A DNA stretch of 63,854 nt, filler included, from Choristocarpus tenellus KU-1152 (Eukaryota > Protista > Phaeophyceae): NCBI GenBank assembly GCA_964200185.2. It is 6 parts of 6 records of this genome, joined end to end, with 100 filler letters (N's around TTAATTAATTAA, not from the genome) between each part and the next. Parts side by side here need not be neighbours in the genome. Positions count along the whole stretch, not along the records: positions 1 to 27,349 come from CAXNAD020000147.1; 5 more parts are not named here. One strand, 5' to 3'. Below are positions 13,001 to 25,000 of this stretch, one piece after another. Within the stretch, counting starts at the first letter, position 1. The number at the start of each line of letters is the position of its first letter. Both the position numbers and the translations under genes were made by a program. The notes under the pieces were generated by a model that saw nothing but the letters and a program-made list of their open reading frames with translations, searched no databases and was not told where the DNA came from.

Positions 13001-16000
13001 ACCTTTCTTAATTGTATACACTTTAGGTAGCTGGGTTCACACAGAAACCGAAACAAGGCATAAAAAACCTGTGGGAAGCCAAGTCCCGAACGGGCAAACA
13101 GGGAAAAATTCCTACCCCTCTTAAATGCTTTGGGTCAAGACATTGTCACCCTTGAACCTCGGTACTTCACTGTAGACTGTGAAGAGTCTCTGCCTTGATA
13201 TGTCGCATTCCCCCATCCTGCTGCACATAGGTGGTGTGTCCTTCCAGCATAGGTATGCGGGCCTTGATTGCAGACCCAAAGTGTCTGGAGGAGGGGGGGG
13301 TCTACGCCAGGGTGTCCATTTGGGGCATAACCAGGAAAAGTGCACTCACATTATCCATCTGACCTACGCAACCAAATCACCCAAAGATCTCGACATGAAA
13401 AAATTGGCCCAAATGGACAGCCGCCACCCCCACCCCCAGATACTTTGATCCTGCAGGGATGACATCCTCGACCATGAGCTTCTTACACCTCTCCCCATGC
13501 ACCGTGACCGGCGCAAGTATCTTGGTGCACTTGGGGTGGTGTTTGTTGTACTGTTGAGCGACCTTAGTGGCCATGATTGGCCAGATCCTGCACCTGTGGC
13601 TAACCCTAGGAAACATAACCTTTGTAATGTAATGCTTATTCTGTGCCCGTGGGGGGTCAGGGGGGTCCTCAGTGTGGTGCAGGAACACACCTTGCCCATC
13701 TTTGAGGATGTAAACCATGTATCATCCACATGCACCCAGTCATGTAGATCGTTCACTAATACCCATTTTCTCCCCTCCTGTGCATGTGAGTGGTGAGTTA
13801 ATCCACCCTGTTGACTTTCTGCTGGTCTGATAGGACTGGCTTAATCTACTGCTTGACCTTCTTCCCCTTTTCACACACAGATCCCACAACGAGGCAAGGG
13901 AAAACCCTGCTTTGGCTGCCCAGTGGTGGAAGGATGTACTGTGTACCGATGGGACATCCGAAACATTGAGGAAACTTGTATGGCGGCCATATCACCACTT
14001 ATAACGTCATACAAGGTCCATCCGTTCACCCTGTGTGATTTGGCTGTCATAATCCTTCAGATGACTGAACAGGGTGATTCGGGAAATTTTGAAGTCGTCC
14101 ATGATGGCTGCCACCATCCCCCAAGGCATCTGAGTCTCACACCCTCTCACCATCATCACGCCTTTCTTTGGTGGGGCATTTGAGTCTGGACCCCTGATAC
14201 ATTTCCTGGGTCGAAGAATTGGGACCGACTGGTGATGACAGGATGGGCGAGGTGCTCAAAGGATGAGGGGCTTTCATCCTACGCATCCCAATAAACACCC
14301 ACTTCAGGTTAAAAGTATTTGTGGGGGGGCGGGTGGCGGCTGTCCATTTGGGGTCAATTTTTTTATGTCGCGATTTTTGGGTGATTTGGTTGCATACATC
14401 GGATGCATAGTGTAAATGCACTTTTCCTGATTTGGACCCAAATGGACAACCTGGTGTAGATCCTCCCCCCCCCTAGATACTTTGGGTCTTCAAAAGTTTC
14501 ATGAGGTTCTTGAACCCTGTCAAATGTGACTTGGTCAACTTTGAGCTGGCCATCCTCAACAGTCGCAACAGCCCACACTCCCAAACTTTGCACACCTCCC
14601 AATCTTTACAAGAACTAAGCTTTGTGCAGAGGGCATATCAGATTGACCATTCGTAGGCGAGAACGGGGCTTGCAAGAGTCAAGCTACATTTAATTCCGAC
14701 CGGAGGAAGTACCACAGAAAAACAGACAAAATACTTCGAAGTTCATCAAGGATGAGAGATGAAAACTTGAAAGAGGAGGTTTCACTTGAAATTGGGGGAA
14801 GGCAAAGGGTCTTTATTAGTTTTTTTATAGGGTTTTCAGTGGGCGAAACAATATGACTAAGAGAAAACATACCTTGGCGGTATAAGCACAACTACTTACA
14901 CTGTTGAGTGGTAAATAATAGCACAATACCACCTTACCAAGTGCCCACTTCCAAGTCGGTGATAATTGGCGAGAAAATGCATTCACTACGAGGGATCTTT
15001 TGACATTCATAGTTATAACCTCAACACCTTCACGGTGGAAAGTGTTGGGTGCCTCAGTAAGCAAGCGGAACGTTTTCTGAATGAGCCAACTACACACATG
15101 GTGGGGGGGAGGGGGACAAGAGTCTACACCAGAAAATGGGCTGTCAAATCCCGTCTACGACAGATTGTCTTAGTCACAATGCAAGTAGCACTGTCTAGAC
15201 GTGTTATGTGTTTTAAGCTGGAGATACCAGGGAGATGGACAAGGAGGGACTTGTTAGATTCTTGGGATGTTTCCCTAGTTCCTCACCCTGGGGTGCTGGA
15301 CTAAGCTAGGTTGGAGGCACAGGACGGCAACGGTGCAGCATAGCTGGTAGTAAAATAGTAATTACATTAATGTCTTTCACATTTATAACAACTGTTACTT
15401 TTTTAGTTTTTTTCTGACACGTAAATAGTTTTCATTAGTTTTTCCCCTGGCACATAGGCAAAATGTTAGAGGGTATATAATAAAACAATCTGGATACTTG
15501 TTCGAGATTGGTAGGCAGTCCACGGAGCTACATGATTCATATTTAGAATCTTAGATCTAAGTTCTCGGTGACCAATCATCACTAGTCACGGTTTCACCTA
15601 AAGGAAAATATTGTTGAACTCAAAGCGCCGCCTATCCCATTACATATTCAAGATCTTTATAGAGTAGAGGTGAGCAAATCTGTCAATGAAGGAACCCATA
15701 TACTACTACTGTTGTAGAGGCATGCAAGGAGGTAGGTTGGAGTTAGGATATCTTTTGCACTGAACACCTTCCGAGAGAAAGTATCTTCGAGGGTACGAGT
15801 TTTGCCCTGTTTGTCCATTTGGGGCTTGGCTTCCCATGGGTTCTTTTATGACATTTTCCTACTCCAAAGTGGTTCAGAGTAGGTAAAATTTATACATTAC
15901 GAAAAGGTCTGTCCGGAACAGGGATATTGACACTTCCTAATAAACACAATAGCCAAAATTACATCAAAATCGCAACATTGGATTTTGGTTTCCAAATGGA

Positions 16001-19000
16001 CACGGCTCTACTCTCCAAGATACTTTGGCTCTTCTCACAATGTTCAAATTCACCATAAATGAACTTTTCGGATCACTCCATTTGGAATGTTTTCGTGGCC
16101 CTCTACACTAAAGAATTTTAAGACCCTAAGAAACATTTGTACCATGAAAGACCCAGGCGATTTGATGAGAAATTTTGAAGAAAAATCAGCGAGTTTTGAT
16201 TGGTAGGTGGAGCAACGTAATGGAAGCATTTTCCAACTCAAGTCAAAAGATGGTTCTTAGCCACCATTAATAATCAGATATACTGGAAATAGTATACTAC
16301 CCACCCGCAATTGTAATGCAGTATATCATATTTCAGTGGTTCATTCTCAACATGATACCAATAGGAACGAGTCTAACACATGTTTAAATTTCGTTTTGAA
16401 CCTACACACACATTGCCTATTCTCCACTCTGTTTTCATTTGGGGTCTTTTCCAAAATATCACGTAGTTCTGTAGTTTCGAGGCGGTATTCTGAACAATCA
16501 AGAAAATGTGGGGTTCATGGAGTCTGTCAAGATTATGCTTTACTGTTTGTGAGAATATGATTTGAAGTATTATTTTATGTATGCACGGACGAGAATGTGG
16601 GACATTTGGGATATTTAGACGGGGTATTTGACCAGAAGCAATTGGAGGAGTGTTAGAGTCGGAGTGTTTCTGATGGGTAATAGAGAACCGTTGAGTCATT
16701 TGGTATTCTGAGTCATTCAATGTTAGGATTGATGAGTCCCACCTAGTGAAGGTATCTCACTCTCTTCTCAACTGTGATAAAAGCTAATAAACAATAATAT
16801 AACTAGTTTTGTGGGACAACAGATCGTTAAGGACAGCTTACCAGAGTCTGTAAGTCCCTGCTCAGAAGCAATTTAGCATCTACTTGACGTGAGCCAAAGT
16901 AAACGAGAGGTACCCAGTATTAGGTTGTTTTGCATTATAAGCCACTTTTTCGATATTTTACAATTCACCCATATTTCTATGATGTAGTGCCAAGTATTTC
17001 TTGAGTGAGTTGATTTCTCTAGTGTTTGGACGTTTTCGACACAATTCGGAAAATATCACATACACAATTGTAAAAAAGACAAATTTTGCACATATTTATC
17101 AGCATCCTCAAAAATGAAAAACCTGGGTACCTCCTGTTTACTTTGACTCTGTAGTGAGATATGTATGCATGCATATATATACACACTCTGCCCCGGTGTA
17201 TACACACTGGCCATAACTACTCACACACCTGTCCACTTCTGAGAGAATCCCCTTGCACCACAAACAATGTACCATTGTCAGTTGTGTATGAGCTGTCACT
17301 CACAGAGGTATTTTCCCCTACCCCAAGGCAGTTGCCAGAGCAGGCCCAGTCATAACTGGAGAGGGAATTGAATGAATGTGTGGTAGAAGAGAAATTGAAC
17401 ACCTTCAAGTACATGAACGTGTATGCATAGTGGGCGGGAGGAGGCAGTATACTGCCAAGGAATGACTTATAACTAGTCCCATGACTATCAATAGTCCATT
17501 ATCAATACCAAATGTTCTTGCATGTGGCAATGAGCTTCTACCCCTTGGATTAAGTAACAACCGTTTCATCTTTTGGTGGGGAGTGCGAGTCAAAGTGAGA
17601 GAGCATGTGTGACAGGAAGCCTATATGTAATCTGTTGTGTTCAATTTTTGCTGTAGTGGCACAGAGTGAAGGCACCCTAACACATGAGCTAAAATGAAGA
17701 TTTAATTGAACTACCCCCACCTGAAGGAAAGCTCAGATATTTGGTCCTCATCTGTCGATCCACTGGCATCCAACACCAGGGATTCACCTGACCATAGCCA
17801 AAGCGCATGAAACATTTGGTTGATGTAGCAGCTGGGAGTTGTGATAGGGACGAATTCAGGAGTGGAAGCAACCTCGTACTCTTACAGTGTGCCACCAGTA
17901 TGGTGAGGGACACATACATGCAGCATTGAGGTATTAGGGTTTTCCTCGGAAATATAGGTTGTTCAAGGGATGATACAGGTAGAATGCGAGTAAAGGTTGG
18001 GATTTCATTTCACCAAACGTTTCAAACAAGTGAACAAACTCTTTGCTAAATGCAACATACGCCTGATACTACCATTATGAGATACGTCAACTCGCCTCGT
18101 GCATCAAGTACAGCATACAGGTGCAGGGCAGTATAAGCACCTGCAGGCATGATGACAATATTTCGTCTGACAGTGTGTCTGCACTATCAAACCCAAATAT
18201 GACGCCGAGTTTCGAGTAGAATCTTCATCAAATCTCAGAAACACATCCTTCGAAATGTAACGGATTCTATAAGTGTGAGGCACTGCATGTTAGTGCTGTA
18301 GTCTTGGTCCTCTTAGAACGAGTTGATTAATGATTCACCTCTATCTCATGAAACCGTTCGTGGCACAGGTAGAAACATAGGACAAGGTCATACTAAACGT
18401 CTCCCCTCCCAGCAATGGCATAATCACCAACAAGAACTTGTGATTTGCAAAATATTTTGCACACCTGCCTCATGAAGGCGATAAGATCCTCCAGCAATTA
18501 GGGCCCTCAGAGCCCCTTGCTCCACACTGACCTTTGAATGTTCATGCACCAAGAACAGATACAAATAGATGTGGCAGGCACATTTTAGAAATAGGTACAG
18601 GACGGAGAGGGGCAAATCACAACACGTGACAAGAAAATTCTCATAACACCCAACAAGAAGGTACCACACACAGAGGTGCTCTTCCGGCATTCCTCTGACA
18701 CCTGACTTCAATATTAATTTCATTGGTTTATTCTTTTCACTATACAATGTGCTGCATCTTATTAGGTTTGTTTTGATCTCACTCCCTTGCCTGGTGACCC
18801 GGCAGTATTCCGAGATCCACATCCACAACTTCTTTAGTAGATAAGGAACTCCACATCCATGAAACGCATCACAACGAAATCTCCCCCACTTCTTTCCTCT
18901 TAACCAACTTCCTCCTCCCCCAAAGAATCGAGTACCCCACACAACATCAAAGTTCCCCTGCTAGCACTCCGTAACTTGAGCTCATTTGACTCAAAGGCAT

Positions 19001-22000
19001 TTAGACCTAGTTGCACTGAAAATCAACTTTTGAGTAGTGCTTCATGCCCTGGACCACCATAATACTAGTAGTATACAGACTGTGTTCCGTGTGCTGCGGT
19101 GTGGTTTGGGGTGTATCATCATAGAAGCACGAGCTCACCCCCCCTGGCAATTGGTTCGAGAATCGTATCCGATGCTATTCACACTCAGTTGAATGGGATA
19201 CAAAGCAAACATGCACAGCCTTGATTAGCTCCAAAGTATCGCACGACCTACTGTGTGGAACAGTTGAGATGCAATATATCTCGACTCGTGCCAAGTAAGT
19301 TTCTGTCTAGAGGATATATATGGTTTTGCAATGTGTGCCATTAACATATTGTAATTCTTACATACGAGGAAAATTACCTGTAGGTATGCCAACATACACT
19401 TAGCTGCGAACTTTATGGGAAGCTGCATGGTGCCATTACCAGCTGCCCTCTGAACAATGAGACTGTGCAGCAATACACTTTTGCGAACTAAAATCACTAC
19501 TGGAGCTGCTACTAATAGCTGGCCTGGACCTCAGAGAAGTGTGGTTGGACACAAACTCGGAATACTGTCTGGTTCCAATGAAATTATACTGTATTGTAGT
19601 ACCATGCTCCAAGGCGATCTATGCAAAAGGCAATAGTTCAGAAAAGGTTCTAAGCTCCATTACTTGGGTACCTACTCTATGCTGCAAGGATCCCTGCTGC
19701 TTCAATATCAGAAAAAAATTAGGAATCAACCAACAAAAGAAATGGACTACCTGCGTAAGGGCTGATGAATTTAGCCTTGGATCGGACAGAGCGGATGCTA
19801 TTCCCCGGAAAAGGTAGGTCTGACCAGGGTATCCAAGGGAGAATGGTGGAAGCCTTAGGACAATTTTGTCATTGGCACCAGCAACAGCCTGTTGTCAGCG
19901 GATGGAAATGCCCTTGAGTTCACAGGGCAACTAACAGAGAGTGTTTTTTGAGCAGGTCAATCAAATCAAAGATGTGGATCAGGCAGATCCGACTTAAGAC
20001 ATCCACATCTGAGAGTAGGTGATGGCTTCAGTGGGCTCAGTAGAGTGGGTGGTTTACTCTCCTTCAAAGTGTTGAGTATGAAATTGGGTGAGAGTATCTT
20101 AGAGGGTATGAGGTTTGCCCTGTTTGTCCGTTCGGGGCTTGGCTTCCCACAGATTTTTTGCAACATTTTACGTACTCTGAAACTTTTTCTGAGAAGGTAA
20201 AATGTATACGTTATGGAAGGGTCTGTCCGGAAAGTGGATATTGACACTTCCTAATAAACACGATAGCCAAAATTACTTCAAAATCGTAACATTGGATTTT
20301 GGACCCCAAACGAACATGGCTCTACCCTCTAAGATACTTTGACTTGTTTGAATATGGTGGTGCTTGCCTGAATGCTGTCCCCCAGGTTGTTATATCCCTG
20401 CCCACCCGCATCCTCCCAGAGATAAGAAAATGAACCAGTTGTACTGGCTGTATGAGGAAAAGATGTGTGATAGAGTCACTATTGGTTGCTGATACGCATG
20501 TGTAGAGTGATGAGGCACAAGGGGGAAGTGGTTCACTGTGACTCAGATCTTGCCACTCTACTCCAACTCATTTCTCCTCACCCTCAGCAATTCCAATGTA
20601 ATATCTTTATTTGGTCAGTCCAAGCATGCAATATTGCAATATGCAACAATATGTATCAAATCTTCAACCCAATAGACCCTTCTGCGGATATAGGATCAAC
20701 AATAGTAAAATTAGAATGATTTGTAATAACCAGGGGTTGCAGCCCTAACACAACCAAACCTGGAGTATCCCACGGCATCACCATGATCATTTTGGAATAG
20801 TAGGTGCAGGGCTCATGCACAGTTGTAGTAGCATCATGAAGGTGTAGGACACCCTTGACAAAGGTGCCTCATGGTCAAGACCTACCTATCAATGCTTTGA
20901 GAATACTACAGGTACACTGGGTGCGAGAAAATGATATACTCCAAAGTACGATTCTCGCACTCTAAATTGTATACTATTTGGTTCATTATGCACATCGTCG
21001 TGTGCTCTTGAGTAACGTGAGAAGGAGGAACGAGGATTGTTCGTTACTACAACTATGCCAGTATGACACAATTTGTACCAAATCTAAATTGGTAAAATAC
21101 CGTTTGTATTAATCACTCACAGCACTCCGAGTGTGTCGCCTTCATCCATAGAGTTAGAGGTTGACTCCGGCGAACAGCCCGTAACGATGATCCCATGACC
21201 AAAAGAGAAGGAATAGATGCGTTTCTGTAGAGATATGAGGGTTGAGTCTTGTTGCATTGAGAATGCGTTTTCCCGTCCGTTGGATTACGCAAGAATACAC
21301 CCCAATTAATATTTTCTAGGCAATCTGATGTTGATTTTCTCGAGGGGAAAAAAAGGATAACAGAACACTCCTGTTCACAGCTTCAACAAGCTCACAAGAT
21401 CAGATGTTGATTCAATGCCTGGGTGGCACATCATCTCACTTATGGAAGATCTGTTTGACAATACATGAATAGCACACAGGTAGATCAGGTCTACAGGCAC
21501 TGGTTTTGGCGTGAAACATTTTTCAAACTCCATGAAACGTATCGACAAGAGATGTGATCATTCCTAGTATGATTTAAGGCAATCATGGCATTCCATGTAT
21601 GTTACGCACTCCCAGGAAGATGTCCACACAATAAGCTTGAAGAAGAACCTTTGATATATAGGGGCATATACTGTGTTCTTAATGCAAACTTCAGACGCAA
21701 GTGAGCATCAGAAGAACTGGATTGCAGAACAGTCCCCCCCCCTTGTATATCATAGATTGTTAACCAACCTGCGCTTGACATAGATTGTAGAAGTGTCCTG
21801 AAAACCCTGTTCCAGAAAGTTTCCAACAGCCACAGAGAATCCAAACAACACACCCGGTTCCAGGGCAGACACATTCAGAGTTGAATAGAGGGTCCCATTG
21901 AAGGGAGCAAGTGCAGCTGTTGCAGCTGAAACAGCAACCGCTGTTGATGAAGTATCATCTTGAGCAGAGACCAGCCAAATCGATGACAGCGCCCTACCAG

Positions 22001-25000
22001 CCCCACCCGAGGAAGAGCGTGCATCAAGGGAAAACTGACCACAACTTCCAACCACCTGATTGAAGAAGTGTGGGTGCGCATTTGGGTGTGATGCGCTGAG
22101 GGGAAGCTAGTCATTCGGTTATGGATGATGAATTTGCTGGGCTAGGGATTGGCAATGCAGCATATGGTATTGCTCCTGATGGTAGCCTGTATTTTGTTGG
22201 CTTCAAAACGTCAGTAGTTTTCCTCCCCCCATGGCCACATCAAGTGCTATCCTTCTACCCCACCTCCACCTGAAAGACTCTTTGTCACACAATCCTCCAG
22301 AAAATGCACTCACGTCAGAAATTTGGCAACTGCAGAAAGTGAGAGGTAGTAAAGCAGAGCACCGCTTTGTCTATATCATTCTCATTAGAACGTGTGGGAG
22401 AGATATCATTTTCACTTTCAAAACTTCAACTTCTTCCTTGATATCTTCACGGTGTACTGGTGACATCACCACCTTCCAAGGGGTGAAGAACAAGGCCCTC
22501 TCCATATCCTTTCCTTCACCTCAGGTGGGCCATGCCTCCCACGACATGGATATGTAGTTGCATCATGTGAGTCCTCAGAAATACAACGAGTCATATTTCA
22601 AACCGTTAGGACGGAGAAGAATCACACACATCACACTTCAAAGTTCTCACAGTTACCATGTCCTGTGATAGCCCCCACCCAGATCGCTTAGGTTATTTCC
22701 ACCTACTTTGTTTGACTTTTGAGTTATTTACTCCTCTACCTTCCGACACACTCCAAACTCTGAGCGAGACGTTTCACTCTGCAGCTTGATTACTGGAACT
22801 TCACAAGAACAGTTGTTAGGGGCAATGGTTGTAATATACTGGTCCTTTTGATAGAGTTGAGATGGCATATAGGCTCAAAGTATCTGGGGGGGGGTTCTAC
22901 ACCAGGGTGTCCATTTGGGCCCTGACCAGGAGAAGTGTACTAACATTATCCATCCAACGCATGCAACCAAATCACCCAAAAATGTGAAATAGAAAAGTAG
23001 ACCCCAAATGGACAGCCACCACCCCCCTCCAGATACTCTTCCCCTTACTTCGATGATTGAATTGGGTTAGAGATCCCTCCAGTGTGGAGCAGAAACAGGA
23101 AACTACCTCGATGTAGGCAATAAGTTGATTTTTTAATGTAGACAAGGCCTATTTTCGTCCTTGGACACAGGGTAGTATCAACTATATATGTCTAATTACC
23201 TAATTGGGCTTGCACCACTCGGGGGTGCTACTATCTCATCCCATTCTTCATCCTACACCTTGCGCACAGTTAATTGTAGGCTTTGTAGCTCTTGGAGGTG
23301 CTGGTGTTTTGTGATGACCTCTGTACTTCAGCTAGGGGAGGAGATCAGCATGTTATTTACCTGTGGACTTGAGATCTCAGCAGTCGCTCGCACTGGTGAA
23401 TTGGGTGGGAGCAGCGGGAGACACCCAGTGGATGAGAGCAAAGCGCCTGCCTCTGTTCTGACACCTCCTGACCTCAGTGTTACTGATTTATTGGCGTGGC
23501 AAAATGAGGACGCATTGAAGTCGGGTTTTATGGTTGCCCCTAACCCAAGAGTGACTTCAAGTGTGTGCGCATCAGTCCAGAGACCTGCCACAAGCCGCAC
23601 AAGTGCATTGAAATCATGTGGCATGGTGAGGAAAGTAGCTAGGAGATTGTGCCAGCACAAAAATATGTTTTCCTTAAAGTTCCTGCCATCAAACTGTAAC
23701 CAAGAGAGATCTCAATGCCTACGTGGTGGATGGAGCCTTCCATTTTCGAGTCCTCCATAGATCTCCATTTTGGACAGAGGAAACTTGTGTACTCAAGACC
23801 CCACAACTCTTTTTTTATCTAGTTGTATTTCTGTCTTTTTCGATGCCCATGCAGCTACCTACCATGGTTGATAGTATTGCAAAATGCTTTGGATGCTTCT
23901 GATAATTGGAGTATCCACGTTTCTGTATTTTAACTGATATCAATTGGTTGGTATTATTTCTGACTCAGAAAGGTCAGAGATCAGCATATATTTTTTAATT
24001 GTCTGTAGCACTCTACAGTGGTGTGGAGATTCATGATGGAGTACTGGTCATTACTGTCTAATCACAAACATTTTCTTTTAGAGATTGGATATCGTCTGCT
24101 GCACGCTAGCTGCACCCTGATCATGCTTACTTACGTTAGTGTGTGTGGCACCGGGCAAGACTGGCTACTCACAGAGCCTCACAATGTCTGAATTCGTCCA
24201 TACATTCAAGTCAATTCAGGTTGTATATTTTATTTTCAACTGCTTGAGTAGCTGAACGGTGTTTGAGTGTGTTCCAGACAAGCCAGGTATCTCCACTTCT
24301 ATCTCATCAAACTGGTTCTACTCTCACTCCAATGATAATGACTTCTGCACTCATGGTCTTTGAAACAAGACCTCTCTCAAATGGAACAATGCTTCACTCA
24401 CACAATTCTTACCAACAGCACGCCCCACAATGCCTCAACCCCCTCACCAACCTCCCTTGGCAATCTCCCTCTGCCCCCTCCCTCCTGGCCACCACAACCA
24501 ATGAAGGAGGCTCTCCTGAAGTGGTTTTCATAGTTTGCATTGTCTTGGCTTGTACAGATTGGTACTTGTTTCAGAATATACCTTAGGATAGAGTGCTAAA
24601 TCATCTCCTCCACAATTGAAACATGAAACAGAAATCACACTTGAGGGAAATGGAATTAACTCACAGAGTGCATCCGCCCCCAATGATACTGAGCTATCTT
24701 TGAGGATTGAAAGGCAGTCTCCTGGTCCAGACCCAGAGGAGACACTGGCAGGATCAATCAACATGCTGCTTGAGGAGCCTGATGTGGAGAATATCACTGA
24801 GAGTGATAAGCCATTGTCAGAGAGAAGTACCTGAGGATGTGGCATTTGGAATATGGTCAGTCAGGTGAGGTGCAGTTGGGTGTACCGAACGATTATATTG
24901 GCCAATCAAACACCCATGACATGCAGGCTCAAAGTATCTGGGATGGGGTGGTAGCTGTCTATTTGGGGTCAACTTTCTCATATCGCGATTTTTGGGTGAT

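Larger units (their letters stand above)
12820..13870 (-). pseudogene. Tc1/mariner-superfamily (plant mariner DD39D-like) transposase fossil within an intron, interrupted by two MITEs
   Basis: Motifs IKPVLSDQQK..R, HDWVHVDDTWF, E..P...QNKHYITKVMF, VIPAIKARIP...YVQQDG..RH and KGDNVFKIPHLSKEK...GKLP; the last two are restored by removing the MITEs; contains stops, frameshifts and an internal deletion. Confidence 0.85.
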
